Shown: in pieces, positions 36,076 through 45,943 of the stretch
How the letters are laid out: every line of letters begins with the position of its first letter
Position numbering within the stretch: the stretch's first letter is position 1
Source of the DNA: Bacilli bacterium
GTDB lineage: Bacteria; Bacillota_I; Bacilli_A; RFN20; CAG-288
Length of the DNA: 64,000 nucleotides
NCBI GenBank assembly: GCA_022647725.1
Contig: JALCLG010000001.1
Coordinates: 1,069,535-1,133,534 of the forward strand
Direction: 5' to 3'
Notes under the pieces: generated by a model
Databases searched by the model: none
Told to the model about the DNA's origin: nothing
Seen by the model: the letters and a program-made list of their open reading frames with translations, nothing else
Made by a program: the position numbers and the translations under genes

Positions 36076-36907
36076 TAAGGATTCCCTTGCTGCGAGAGCA
36101 AAGAACATCTCAGCGGAAAAAGGAGTATCTCCTACCGTCGTCTATGTACGGTTTTTCTTTGACGCGTTCCTTAAACGGCTTGCCTTATCTTCTTATCGAG
36201 ATACCTTTGTTTTGAAAGGCGGGCTTTATCTTTCTTCAGTCTTAGGAATCAGCAATCGATCTACTATCGATATTGATTTTCTGGCAACGAATTTTTCCTT
36301 AGAAGAAAGCGGCCTTCTAAAGGCTTTTCAGCAACTTTGCATGATGAATATTGGAGATAACGTCACCTTTGAATGTCTCCGAATGTCTCCTATCAGAATT
36401 GAAGATTCTTATGGCGGATTCCAGGTTGAGTTACTTGGCAGGCTGGAAAATATAAAGCAGCAATTTGGAATCGACATTGCAACAGGAGACCCAATAACTC
36501 CTTCGGAAATTATCTACGGATATCATTGCCTTGTTACCGGGGAAACAATTTCCCTACAAGCCTATAGTTTGGAAACGGTCATAGCAGAAAAACTCGAAAC
36601 CTTTCTTATCAGAGGAACGGCCAACAGCAGAAGCAAGGATTTTTACGACCTCTATATCCTTCATCAAATGCAAAGAGATTGTATTTCGCTGAATATACTG
36701 AAGAAAGCATTTGAGCAGACTTGCCACTACCGGCATTTCGCAATTAGCAAGAAAGAGGCAATCCGTTTGGCTGAATCTGTCAGGGATAACAGCCTTTGCC
36801 AAACACGATGGAAGGCATACCAGAAAAAAGCAAACTATTCTCAAGGCATTTCCTTTATTGATGTTATTGACGCTATCATCCAATGGATTGAGATTGCCTT
36901 GGATTAG
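36065..36907 (+). CDS. AbiEii/AbiGii-family nucleotidyltransferase toxin (DUF1814)
   Basis: FFDAFLKRLALSSYRDTFVLKGGLYLSSVLGISNRSTIDIDF is the hallmark N-terminus, with the GG/S and DxD nucleotidyltransferase fold. The protein is 280 aa. Confidence 0.8.
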   Translation: MRINKDSLAARAKNISAEKGVSPTVVYVRFFFDAFLKRLALSSYRDTFVLKGGLYLSSVLGISNRSTIDIDFLATNFSLEESGLLKAFQQLCMMNIGDNVTFECLRMSPIRIEDSYGGFQVELLGRLENIKQQFGIDIATGDPITPSEIIYGYHCLVTGETISLQAYSLETVIAEKLETFLIRGTANSRSKDFYDLYILHQMQRDCISLNILKKAFEQTCHYRHFAISKKEAIRLAESVRDNSLCQTRWKAYQKKANYSQGISFIDVIDAIIQWIEIALD

Positions 36908-37006
36908 TTTCCTTAAAGAAACCTGGAGTCACTCCACGTTGTTTCCTTTTCCGGCCTCCTTTATAATAGTGTCATATTTCTTTGTCCTTCAAAGGAGGGA
37001 TTCCTT

Positions 37007-38122
37007 ATGGATACAGATGTCCAGAAACTTGGCTTTGGCTTGATGCGTCTTCCCAAGCTCAGCGATGGCAAGACCATTGATGTCGAAGAAACCAAACGGA
37101 TGGTTGATCTCTTCCTGAAACGGGGCTTCAAGTATTTCGATACCGCTTATGTCTACGATAACGGCGGCAGCGAAAAAGCCATCAAAACAGCCCTGGTTGA
37201 CCGCTATCCGCGGTCTTCCTACTTCCTCACCACGAAACTCTGTGCCTGGACGGGCTGTCATGATGAAGTCAGTGCCAAGCAGGAGTTCTATACCTCACTG
37301 GAACGGACCGGAGCCGGCTATTTTGATTACTATCTGCTCCATGCCCTCCAGAGCAACAACTACACCAAGTACGACGAGTATCATCTTTGGGACTTCGTCA
37401 AAGAACTCAAAGCCAAAGGCCTGATCCGTCATTATGGCTTCTCTTTCCACGCCGATCCTGCTTTATTGGATAAGCTTCTAACCCTGCATCCGGATGTCGA
37501 TTTTGTCCAGCTGCAGCTGAATTATGCCGACTGGGAAGACCAAGGCATTCAGTCACGGGCCAACTATGAAGTGGCCCGGAAACATAACAAGCCTGTCATC
37601 GTGATGGAACCGGTCAAAGGCGGACTTCTGGTCAATCTGCCGACCCAGGCTTCCACGTTGCTGAAGACGGCAGAACCGGACATGTCCATTCCTTCCTGGG
37701 CCATCCGTTATGTGGCCTCGCTTCCGGGTGTCTTCATGGTTTTAAGCGGCATGTCCAACCTGACCCAGATGGAAAACAACACCTCCTATATGGAACACTT
37801 CAAGCCGCTGGATGCCAAGGAAGAGGCTCTGATCAAGAAAGTTCAGACGCTGCTCAAGGAAGACAAGATTCCCTGCACCGCCTGCCATTACTGCTGTGCC
37901 GGCTGTCCGAAACAGATTCCGATTCCGGAGATCTTCGCTCTCCGCAACAAGGTCTATGAGGGCTGTTATCTGGAGGATGTCATTTCCGAGTACCGGAAGA
38001 TCACTAAGGGCAAAGGCAAAGCCAGCGACTGCATCAAGTGCGGCCAGTGTGAAAGAGCCTGCCCGCAGCATATCCATATCCGTGAAAAGCTTGCCGAAGC
38101 CAGCAAGATCCTGGAAAAGTAG
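37007..38122 (+). CDS. Aldo/keto reductase-family oxidoreductase with a C-terminal 4Fe-4S ferredoxin-type cysteine cluster
   Basis: The AKR N-terminus is LGFGLMRLP...FDTAYVYDNGGSE. The C-terminus CTACHYCCAGCP...CIKCGQCERACP carries two Cx2Cx2Cx3CP motifs. Confidence 0.85.
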   Translation: MDTDVQKLGFGLMRLPKLSDGKTIDVEETKRMVDLFLKRGFKYFDTAYVYDNGGSEKAIKTALVDRYPRSSYFLTTKLCAWTGCHDEVSAKQEFYTSLERTGAGYFDYYLLHALQSNNYTKYDEYHLWDFVKELKAKGLIRHYGFSFHADPALLDKLLTLHPDVDFVQLQLNYADWEDQGIQSRANYEVARKHNKPVIVMEPVKGGLLVNLPTQASTLLKTAEPDMSIPSWAIRYVASLPGVFMVLSGMSNLTQMENNTSYMEHFKPLDAKEEALIKKVQTLLKEDKIPCTACHYCCAGCPKQIPIPEIFALRNKVYEGCYLEDVISEYRKITKGKGKASDCIKCGQCERACPQHIHIREKLAEASKILEK

Positions 38123-38127
38123 TCGGC

Positions 38128-39576
38128 ATGGAAATCAACGTACCAACCGATTTAGGAACCATCATCGGGAAGACCAAGAAAGGCGTCTCCTCCTTTTTAG
38201 GGATTCCTTATGCCAAGGCACCCTTCGGGAAGAACCGCTTTCTCCCGCCCGTGAAGGCCGAGCCGTTTGCCTCTCCTTTCAAGGCATTTCATTATCCTAA
38301 GGATCCGATTCAGTATCCGTTTGACGGCTCGACTCAGAACGAAGACTGCCTGGCACTGAATATCTTCCGGAAAGAAAACGGAACGGACAGAAAACCGGTC
38401 CTCTTCTTCATTTACGGCGGCAGCTATGCCACCGGCGGAAGCAAGCAGGTCGGTTTCAAGCATTCCCACCCTTTCTATGACGGCTCCACCTTTGTAAGGG
38501 AGCAGGATGTTCTAGTCGTCACCTTCAATTACCGCCTGAATGTCTTAGGCTTTCTGGATTTAAGGAAGGTCATTCCGGAAGCCACGCTGAATAACGGCTT
38601 ACGGGATACTGTGATGGCCTTAACCTGGGTGCACGACCATATCGTCGCTTTCGGCGGAGACCCTACGAACATCACCGTCTACGGCCAGTCGGCCGGAGCC
38701 TCCCTGTCGTTAGCCTTGCTTTCCGTCAAAGCCGCCAACCCGCTGTTTCAGAGAGTGATCCTGGAAAGCCCCTGTGTCGATGCGTTCTATACTCCGGAAC
38801 AGGCCCAGAGGATGAGCGAGGAGTGGCTGACGCTTGCCGGCCATCCGGATTCGCAGCAGCTGGAGACAATGACCAGCAAAGAGCTCGTCATCCACAATCA
38901 TCAGCTGGAAACCAACCTGATTAAGAATGAAAGAGTCGACTGCACGATCTGTCCCGTCGTGGATGGCGATATGCTCACCGCCAAACCCCGCGATACCTTG
39001 TCTTGCAACAAGAAGCCTCTTTTGATCGGCTTCAATCATGACGAAGCCAATGTCTTTACCTTCCTCTTGCACGGGAAAGTCAAACTCAACAATCCGGATT
39101 TCCTGCCGCAGACCCTTTTCAATCTCACCCCGGAAGAACAGCAGAAGGCAATCTCCTCCTTGTCCGGATTCCCCAGCGAAAGAACCTATGCTCAGCTGAT
39201 GACGGAACGGATGTTCATGTCGCCGATTGTTCATCTGGCCGACAGCTTTGCAACCGATGTTCCGGTCTACTTCTACCGCTATGATTATGTTTCGCCGTTG
39301 CTGAAAGGGCTCAAGCTGGATACCTGTCATTTCATTGAGATTCCGCTGGTCTGGAACAACCCCATCACCATCGGGCCTTTGTCCTTTGTCTCCTTTGACC
39401 GCAAACGGGCCAAGAGCTTAGGAAAACGGATCCGTCAGGCCTGGTGCTCGTTTAGCAAAGGCTCCGCTCCGGAAGCGGATTGGCCCCCTTATGACAACAC
39501 CCGTCCGGTCCGTCTCTTCAATAAGACGGATTCCCTGGTCCAGGATCCTTTCAGCCGCTTAGGTCTTTATCATTGA
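38128..39576 (+). CDS. Type-B carboxylesterase/lipase (para-nitrobenzyl-esterase-like)
   Basis: The nucleophile elbow is GQSAGASLS. The oxyanion region FIYGGSYATGG and the esterase_lipase family layout are present. The protein is 482 aa. Confidence 0.85.
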   Translation: MEINVPTDLGTIIGKTKKGVSSFLGIPYAKAPFGKNRFLPPVKAEPFASPFKAFHYPKDPIQYPFDGSTQNEDCLALNIFRKENGTDRKPVLFFIYGGSYATGGSKQVGFKHSHPFYDGSTFVREQDVLVVTFNYRLNVLGFLDLRKVIPEATLNNGLRDTVMALTWVHDHIVAFGGDPTNITVYGQSAGASLSLALLSVKAANPLFQRVILESPCVDAFYTPEQAQRMSEEWLTLAGHPDSQQLETMTSKELVIHNHQLETNLIKNERVDCTICPVVDGDMLTAKPRDTLSCNKKPLLIGFNHDEANVFTFLLHGKVKLNNPDFLPQTLFNLTPEEQQKAISSLSGFPSERTYAQLMTERMFMSPIVHLADSFATDVPVYFYRYDYVSPLLKGLKLDTCHFIEIPLVWNNPITIGPLSFVSFDRKRAKSLGKRIRQAWCSFSKGSAPEADWPPYDNTRPVRLFNKTDSLVQDPFSRLGLYH

Positions 39577-40376
39577 TGGACGACAACGAGGTCTTGAAGG
39601 CAAGGATCAACGAACTCAGTCAGCGGACCCTCAGCCAGTCCTATCTTTGCCATACCCCGTTTCTTTCCCTGTCGGAGCAGAATCTCTTCTTTCAGCTGGT
39701 ACAGACTAACGGCTCGCGTCAGGCGGCAACCTATTCCGGTGTCCGGTATGTCCTTTTCGGAGGCAACGACGACACGGAGCGGAAGATCCTCTATTTTCTT
39801 CCCGACTATCAGAAGGCCAGTGACCTGCTGAGCGACGAAAGCCAGGGCAAAGGGGTGCTGACCTGCCTGAAGATTGCGGCTAAGAATCCGAAGTTCAGCG
39901 ATACCCTGACCCATCGGGACTATCTCGGTGCCCTGATGTCGCTTGGCTATGACCGGTCGCTGTTTGGAGACATCCTCACCGATGGGACGACCGGGTATCT
40001 TTTCCTCGTTGCTTCCATCGTTGAGGACGTCTCGTCAAACCTCACCAAGATCCGGCATACGACCGTCACCTGTGAGACTTTGGCTCCCTCACTTTGTCCG
40101 TTCCATCCTCAGTTTGAGGAGCTTTCGGTGACGGCGGCCTCGGCCCGGGTCGACAGTCTGATCGGAGAGGTCTTCCATCTTTCCCGGCGTTCCGCTCAGG
40201 AAGTGATTGCCCAGGAAGGCGTCTTCGTCGACGGACTGACGGCCAAAAACAACGCCCTGCTTTTAAAAGACGGCCAAAGGGTGTCGGTCAAAGGATACGG
40301 AAAATTCATCTTTGTCGGAGGCGAGCATCCGACCCGGCGGGGAAGATTCGCCTATGCGATCAAGGTGTACCGATAA
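39576..40376 (+). CDS. YlmH-like RNA-binding protein with a C-terminal S4 domain
   Basis: The N-terminus FLSLSEQNLF...YVLFGGNDDTERKILYF and the C-terminal S4-like RVDSLIGEVFHLSRRSAQEVIAQEGVFVDG match the YlmH family. The ATG is at 39576, overlapping the upstream stop. Confidence 0.55.
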   Translation: MDDNEVLKARINELSQRTLSQSYLCHTPFLSLSEQNLFFQLVQTNGSRQAATYSGVRYVLFGGNDDTERKILYFLPDYQKASDLLSDESQGKGVLTCLKIAAKNPKFSDTLTHRDYLGALMSLGYDRSLFGDILTDGTTGYLFLVASIVEDVSSNLTKIRHTTVTCETLAPSLCPFHPQFEELSVTAASARVDSLIGEVFHLSRRSAQEVIAQEGVFVDGLTAKNNALLLKDGQRVSVKGYGKFIFVGGEHPTRRGRFAYAIKVYR

Positions 40377-40403
40377 GGTGCTAATCCTTTAGCGTTTCAA
40401 AAG

Positions 40404-40462
40404 AAAACTCCCTAATTTTCCGGAACAAAACTCCCTAATTTTCCGGAAACGAGGTTCCGGAA
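40404..40462. repeat. Tandem 23-bp direct repeat (AAAACTCCCTAATTTTCCGGAAC, two copies) carrying three TTCCGGAA palindromes
   Basis: I saw this directly in the sequence. It lies between convergent genes. Confidence 0.5.
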
Positions 40463-40525
40463 TCCACTCTAAAAGCCATCAAAAAATCTTATAAAACATC
40501 GATATCTTAGGAAATTTATTTAAAT

Positions 40526-41236
40526 CTAGTCAGCAAACGTCGCGGAAATCTCAAAGACGTCTTTGCCGTCTTTGGTTCCGATGAGATAGGCTTTGCTGTT
40601 TTCGTGTCCCATCCCTAAGGTCAGCACCTCATCGGCTTTGGCTTCCTGATGGAAAGCCAACGTGAAGGAGGTCAGTTTCTTCGTGACCATCCGCGAGCCG
40701 AAAGCATCCATGAACCAATCCGCATAGCGGGTGTTGGTGAGATGGCCGTTCAGGTCCAGTTCAGAGGTCAGGACTTTCCGGGTCGTGCTTTCTAAGACGG
40801 GGAGGGTATGGATCACCGGAAGGATTTCGCTTTCCTTATGGAAAGGGAAAGCCCGGATCAGGATGCCGTTCTCTTTGGGATCAATGGGTTTGCGGGTGTT
40901 CTTATCGATCAGCGTCCAGAGGGACTCGGCTTCGAGATAGGTTTTGCCTAAGGCACTCTTTAGAATATAGTATCGCGGGAAGATCACATGCACCCGTTTC
41001 TCAGGGTAGGTGATGAGTTTAACATGGTCGTCGTATTCGGGAAGAGAAGTGATCTTCAGGGATATTCGGGAAATGACCCACAGGAAACCCTGATCCAGGG
41101 TCTTCTCTCTCCCCATATGCAGCCTAGTCGTATCCTCAATGGAGATTTCTTCGATGGCACGGAGCAAGGAAGAAAGCTTCAGCTTCTGCTGATAGTCGCA
41201 GTCGGAGGCTAAGATCTTCCAAGGTAGGACAAACAT
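40526..41236 (-). CDS. Acyl-ACP thioesterase-family protein (hotdog fold)
   Basis: The protein is 236 aa. Its double hotdog organisation, with an N-terminal ...DCDYQQKLKLSSLLRAIEEISIEDT... and a second half ending NGHLTNTRYADWFMDAF, is consistent with the Acyl-ACP_TE family. Confidence 0.65.
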   Translation of the reverse strand: MFVLPWKILASDCDYQQKLKLSSLLRAIEEISIEDTTRLHMGREKTLDQGFLWVISRISLKITSLPEYDDHVKLITYPEKRVHVIFPRYYILKSALGKTYLEAESLWTLIDKNTRKPIDPKENGILIRAFPFHKESEILPVIHTLPVLESTTRKVLTSELDLNGHLTNTRYADWFMDAFGSRMVTKKLTSFTLAFHQEAKADEVLTLGMGHENSKAYLIGTKDGKDVFEISATFAD

Positions 41237-41238
41237 AG

Positions 41239-41499
41239 TCAGGCCGTGGCCTTAGCGTCAACTTTGCCCTTCACAAAACGGACAACATCGGCAATGGTAA
41301 TGAATTTCCGCATTTGCCGATCAGAGATCTTGATGTCATAGATTCCTTCCAGCTTGGAGATGATGAGGACAAAGCCCATGGAGTCAATGTTGGTTTCGGT
41401 ATTGATGACGGTCTCCATAGCCAGCGGTTTGTCCGTCAGTTCAGGAACATAGTCATGAATCAGCTTAATCAATGTGTCGTAGATATCCTTTTCTTCCAT
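41239..41499 (-). CDS. Acyl or peptidyl carrier protein (phosphopantetheine attachment site)
   Basis: The protein is 86 aa. NIDSMGFVLIISKLE carries the DSx Ser motif, as in DltC and ACP carriers. It sits between the ligase and the thioesterase. Confidence 0.7.
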   Translation of the reverse strand: MEEKDIYDTLIKLIHDYVPELTDKPLAMETVINTETNIDSMGFVLIISKLEGIYDIKISDRQMRKFITIADVVRFVKGKVDAKATA

Positions 41500-41501
41500 A
41501 C

Positions 41502-42887
41502 TTATTCTCCTTTTTGGGCTAATTGATAACGGATGATCTTTCCCGTTTTGGTCCGAGGAAGCGGGGTTTCGGAATATTCCACTCGGCTGATCTTGCTATA
41601 GAGGTCGCTGTCGGCGTTGAAACCTTGGACAGCTTTCTCGACGATAGGCTTGGCCTCAGGTCTCGGAAGATGGACAATCATGGCTAATTTTCCTTCGCGG
41701 ACGGTCAAAGCCAGATCATAAAGACCGCCAATATAACTGACCAGCTTCTGTTCGCCGATGTTGCAGTCGAATTTGGTGCCGTTAGCAAGAACGGCGATGT
41801 CGTCGACCCGCCCTAAGATATGAAGATTCCCATCGGCATCCAGATAGCCTCTGTCACTGGTCTTCAGCCAGCCGTCATGAACGGCCTCTTCGGTGGCTTT
41901 CGGGTTGTTGTAGTAGCCTTTCATAAGACAGGAGGAGTGAATCGAAATGGTGCCGTCCGCCTCCTGGCGGAAGGTATCTTCGGGGCAGGGGGTCATGGCA
42001 AAGGGATCCTTTGCTCCGACCGATATGGCGACCCCGGATGACGTTTCTGTCAAGCCGTAGCCGAAGGCAACTCGTTTGCCGAGAGCCTGGAAAGCCTGGA
42101 TCATTGAAAGGCTCAGCGGTCCGGCTCCGACTAGGATGGTCGTGAGTTCCGGGTTGATGGCTTTGTTCATCAAAAGGAAGCCCGCCAGCGAAGGGATGAC
42201 AGGCAGAATCGTGGGTTTGAAGAAGATAACATCCTGAGCCATCGTTTTCATTCCGCTTCCGAAGGCGATGCTGGCATGGTAACAAAGCGGCCAAAGGAAG
42301 GTGCAGACAAAACCGAAGACATGGCTTAATGGGATCAAGGAAAGGATGATATCTTGTTCGCCGCAAGGAAGACAGGACTGGCCATTGAAACTGGAGGATA
42401 GCAAAGAGGCTGAGGTTAAGACACAGGCTTTGGGTATTCCCGAAGTACCGGAGGTAAAGAAAAGAATATCTCCCTCACCTTTCTCATCACAAGATAATGA
42501 GGGTTTCAGGACATTCTTTAAAAAAGCAATTTCTTCTTCCTCAAAGGAAGCATCAATGATGACTTCTTCAATATTGCAATGGGAGATCATCACGGCCATC
42601 TTATCGATGCTTTCCATAGGATCAATCAGCAGAACACGTTTTCCTGCTAAGACCGCAGCCATGAAATTGGCAGCCATTTCCGGTGATTTAGCTTGAATGA
42701 TTGCTACTGAAGAATAGCCTTGCCTGGCAAATTCCTTTTCCTTTTCCCAAATCCGGTCGGCCCATTCTTTGCCGCTCATCAGAACCATTTTTCCATCTTT
42801 TGAAAAACGGAAAAGGTCTGGCCTGTTTTCCTTGGAGACGGTTAGGATAAGCTCGCGGAAGCTGTGGAACTTTTTAACATTGCTCAT
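41502..42887 (-). CDS. AMP-dependent ligase (ANL superfamily; DltA-like or acyl-carrier-protein ligase)
   Basis: The adenylation motifs are FFTSGTSGIPKACVL, GYGLTETSSG, YNNPKAT...WLKTSDRGYLD, GRVDDIAV and PRTKTGKIIR. At 461 aa the protein is compact like DltA. Confidence 0.85.
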   Translation of the reverse strand: MSNVKKFHSFRELILTVSKENRPDLFRFSKDGKMVLMSGKEWADRIWEKEKEFARQGYSSVAIIQAKSPEMAANFMAAVLAGKRVLLIDPMESIDKMAVMISHCNIEEVIIDASFEEEEIAFLKNVLKPSLSCDEKGEGDILFFTSGTSGIPKACVLTSASLLSSSFNGQSCLPCGEQDIILSLIPLSHVFGFVCTFLWPLCYHASIAFGSGMKTMAQDVIFFKPTILPVIPSLAGFLLMNKAINPELTTILVGAGPLSLSMIQAFQALGKRVAFGYGLTETSSGVAISVGAKDPFAMTPCPEDTFRQEADGTISIHSSCLMKGYYNNPKATEEAVHDGWLKTSDRGYLDADGNLHILGRVDDIAVLANGTKFDCNIGEQKLVSYIGGLYDLALTVREGKLAMIVHLPRPEAKPIVEKAVQGFNADSDLYSKISRVEYSETPLPRTKTGKIIRYQLAQKGE

Positions 42888-42915
42888 GGCATTAGTATAC
42901 GTAAAACAGAAACTC

Positions 42916-42937
42916 TTAGCAAGGCTTGGAATGCTAA
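42916..42937. promoter_or_regulatory. Inverted repeat TTAGCA-N10-TGCTAA in the divergent promoter region of the ligase operon and the oxidoreductase operon; a -10 TATAAT lies at about 42973
   Basis: The half-sites are perfect 6-bp inverted repeats. The -10 TTATAAT lies upstream of ATG 43017, which has a GGGAGG RBS. Confidence 0.35.
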
Positions 42938-43016
42938 ACGTGAAAGCTCTTTTATGTTTTGGCTTTTCATGTTATAATAACCGAGTCAGTTGCGAACAAA
43001 AAGGGAGGCCTTAACT

Positions 43017-44402
43017 ATGGCTGAAAACGAGACGAAGACTGTCGAGCCTTCAAAGGATGCCAGAATCTGCATCATCGGCGGAGGTCCTGCTGGTTTATCG
43101 GCCGCAATGTATCTCGAAAAGAAGGGATACAAGAACTATGTTATTTATGAAAAGAGTGACCATGTCGGCGGCAAGTGCCATTCCCCGGTCTATAAAGGCA
43201 AACGTTTTGAGGAAGGCGCCATTATGGGTGTCCCGTCCTACTACGCTGTTCACGATATTGAATTGTTTGCCGGCGTCAGCCATGACGACGGACCGAAGCT
43301 CAACCGTGACTTCAAGAACCTCAAGGGCGAGGTCATCCATCCTTTTGATCCGAAGAAGTTCTGGAGACTTCCGCATCTTCTCAAACTGAAGAAGCAGATG
43401 AAGCGCTTAGGTGAGCTCCTTGAGACCAAATACAAAGGTTATGATGTCAATGGTCACCGTGGCGTTGCCCAGGGCAAGTACATCGGTGATGATTGCACTC
43501 CGGATCGGAAGCATATCGAAGGCGAGAATCCGAATCTGAAGGATCTCAGCATGCCGTTCAAGGATTTCTGCGAGATGAACAAGGTTCCGCTTGTTCAGGA
43601 AGTCTGGTCGGGTCCGTTCACGGCTTTCGGTTATGGCTTCTTCGATGAGATTCCGGCTGCCTATGCTCTCAAGTATTTGGATTTCCAGACCTGCATGAAC
43701 TTCGTCAAGTGCAACCTTTGGACTTGGAAGGATGGCACGCAGTCAATCTATGAAGCTCTTAACAGCAAGCTGATCCATCAGGCCACCTTAAACAGCAATA
43801 TCACCAAGGTTGTCCGTACCGACACGAACGTCACTGTTACCGTCAACGGCAAGGATGAAGTCTTCGATAAGCTGATTGTCACCGCTCCGCTCCAGTACTT
43901 CCCGGAGTATGCCGATGCCACCGCCGAAGAAAAGGAACTCTTCTCCAAGATCGACTTCGAACGTTACGATGTCCTGGCTTTGACGATGAAGGAAGGCCAG
44001 TATCCGGTCGATTCCTATTACATCCTGGCCAACATGGTTCCGGAACGTCTCGGCCATCTGATGATTTACTATCGTCGCTGGAAGGATGAGCCGGATCAGG
44101 CCATCACGACCTATGCCTTACGCAATCACAAGGGCTCCAAAGAAGTTCCTTATGAAGAATGCAAGAAGACCGTCCTGGAAGACATCGTTACCTATAAGAA
44201 CGAATACGACAAAGTCTTTGATGAGCATTCCTGGTATTACTTCCCGCATGTCTTCTCGGAGGATTATGCGGCTGGCTGGTACGATAAGGTCGAAGGAATG
44301 CAGGGACAGAGATGCACTTACTACGCTGGCGAAATCATGTCGTTCGGCGATATGGATGAAACCTGCGAATATTCTCGTGAATTAGTTGGCCGTTTCTTCT
44401 AA
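43017..44402 (+). CDS. FAD-dependent oxidoreductase, amine-oxidase/protoporphyrinogen-oxidase-like fold
   Basis: The N-terminal Rossmann fold ICIIGGGPAGLSAAMYLEKKGY...YEKSDHVGGK is present. The protein is about 460 aa. The true start is ATG 43017 with a GGGAGG RBS. The track ORF starts at an upstream TTG at 42990. Confidence 0.6.
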   Translation: MAENETKTVEPSKDARICIIGGGPAGLSAAMYLEKKGYKNYVIYEKSDHVGGKCHSPVYKGKRFEEGAIMGVPSYYAVHDIELFAGVSHDDGPKLNRDFKNLKGEVIHPFDPKKFWRLPHLLKLKKQMKRLGELLETKYKGYDVNGHRGVAQGKYIGDDCTPDRKHIEGENPNLKDLSMPFKDFCEMNKVPLVQEVWSGPFTAFGYGFFDEIPAAYALKYLDFQTCMNFVKCNLWTWKDGTQSIYEALNSKLIHQATLNSNITKVVRTDTNVTVTVNGKDEVFDKLIVTAPLQYFPEYADATAEEKELFSKIDFERYDVLALTMKEGQYPVDSYYILANMVPERLGHLMIYYRRWKDEPDQAITTYALRNHKGSKEVPYEECKKTVLEDIVTYKNEYDKVFDEHSWYYFPHVFSEDYAAGWYDKVEGMQGQRCTYYAGEIMSFGDMDETCEYSRELVGRFF

Positions 44403-44406
44403 AATT

Positions 44407-45942
44407 ATGGGATTTTACAAAGATCATTACGATGCCATCGTCATTGGCGGAGCCCTCTCCGGAATGGCGTGCGCTTTGACCTTAGCCAATAAGGGCAAGA
44501 GCGTTCTCATCCTGGAACGGCATAACCTTCCCGGCGGCATTGCGACGTCCTTTGTCCGTGGCGGCGTTGAAATGGAGGCCACTCTTCATGAGATGATGTC
44601 CATCGGACCCGAGAATCAGCCGCTGAAGATCCGTACATTCTTCGACGAGATGGGTGTCAAGATCAACTGGCTCCGTGTCCCGGAAGCCTATCGGATTTCG
44701 GTGCCGGATGAGAAAATCGATATCACTCTTCATGCCGGGTTGGAGACAATGGCCAAGGAGATTGATGCCCAGTATCCGGGAACCTATAGTGAAGTCAAAC
44801 GGCTGATGGATCTCTGCGCCACGGTCTACAATTCCGTCAATGTCCTTTCCGTCCATCCGATGAGCAAGCCGATGATGCTAGTGAAGCACAATGCTTTTGT
44901 AAGGACCTGCGGTTATTCCGCCAAGGAAGTCATGGATACCTTTAAGCTTCCTCAGGAAGTCAAAGACATTCTCTCCGCTTATTGGATCTATGTCGGCAAT
45001 AAGATCTCAGACTTGCCCTTTACCGTCTATGCCGTATTGATGGCGGATTACTTCATCGGCGGCAGCTATGTCTGCGCTGATTTCTCCTTTGAGATGGCCG
45101 TCAAGATGGCCAAGCGCTGCGAAGAGCTGGGTGTCCAGATCGAGTACCGTCAGGAAGTCTCCAAGATTCTTGTCAAGAACGGCCACGTCTATGGCGTCAT
45201 CACCCAACGCGGTGATGAAATCCATGCCAATTACGTTTCCTGCTCCGCCTATCCCAATACCTGCTATGCCAAGATGATTGAGCCCCAAAGCGAAGTCCCC
45301 GCCAAGGCCATCCAGTCGGTCAATGCCCGACGGATGTCCGTCAGCTGCTTCTCCGTCGTCCTGCTTTTGGATAAGAAGCCGGAAGAACTCAACATCAAGG
45401 ATTATTCCGTCTTTACCTGCGACGGCAAGATGGATCTTGAGAAGATCTATCAGCAGCTGAAGACGAAAGGCCCGTATGACTATCTCACCACCATCTGCCT
45501 CAACTATGCCAATCCGAAGTCCGTTCCGGAAGGCATGACTTCTCTTTCCATCACGACCCTGCCGCTTCCGGATGGCTTCATGGATGTCAAAGCCGATGAC
45601 TACTTTGCCCTGAAACGCCAGATTGCCCGGACCATGATCGAATCCATCTCCCAGAAGCTGGGCGTCAACCTCTTTGACCACATCCTTGAAGTCGAAGTCG
45701 AGACCCCGATGACGATTGCTCACTACACCTCGGATTACCGGGGCGGCATCTATGGCTATTCGCATTCGATGGATGACCATATCGTGGCCCGTCTGCAGAT
45801 GAGCGAAGATGAAAACTATATCGGCGGCTTAGCCTTCTCCGGAGCGCATGCGATCTCCGGCGATGGCATGGCCCCGGTCATCACCAACGGCCGCAAGGCT
45901 GCCAAGACGCTTTTGGATATGATGGCGAAGGAGGGCTGCTAA
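44407..45942 (+). CDS. FAD-dependent oxidoreductase of the phytoene-desaturase (CrtI)/NAD(P)-binding family
   Basis: The N-terminus is YDAIVIGGALSGMACALTLANKGKSVLILERHNLPGGIATSF. The length of about 512 aa and the C-terminal pattern are typical of CrtI-like enzymes. Confidence 0.6.
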   Translation: MGFYKDHYDAIVIGGALSGMACALTLANKGKSVLILERHNLPGGIATSFVRGGVEMEATLHEMMSIGPENQPLKIRTFFDEMGVKINWLRVPEAYRISVPDEKIDITLHAGLETMAKEIDAQYPGTYSEVKRLMDLCATVYNSVNVLSVHPMSKPMMLVKHNAFVRTCGYSAKEVMDTFKLPQEVKDILSAYWIYVGNKISDLPFTVYAVLMADYFIGGSYVCADFSFEMAVKMAKRCEELGVQIEYRQEVSKILVKNGHVYGVITQRGDEIHANYVSCSAYPNTCYAKMIEPQSEVPAKAIQSVNARRMSVSCFSVVLLLDKKPEELNIKDYSVFTCDGKMDLEKIYQQLKTKGPYDYLTTICLNYANPKSVPEGMTSLSITTLPLPDGFMDVKADDYFALKRQIARTMIESISQKLGVNLFDHILEVEVETPMTIAHYTSDYRGGIYGYSHSMDDHIVARLQMSEDENYIGGLAFSGAHAISGDGMAPVITNGRKAAKTLLDMMAKEGC

Positions 45943-45943
45943 C

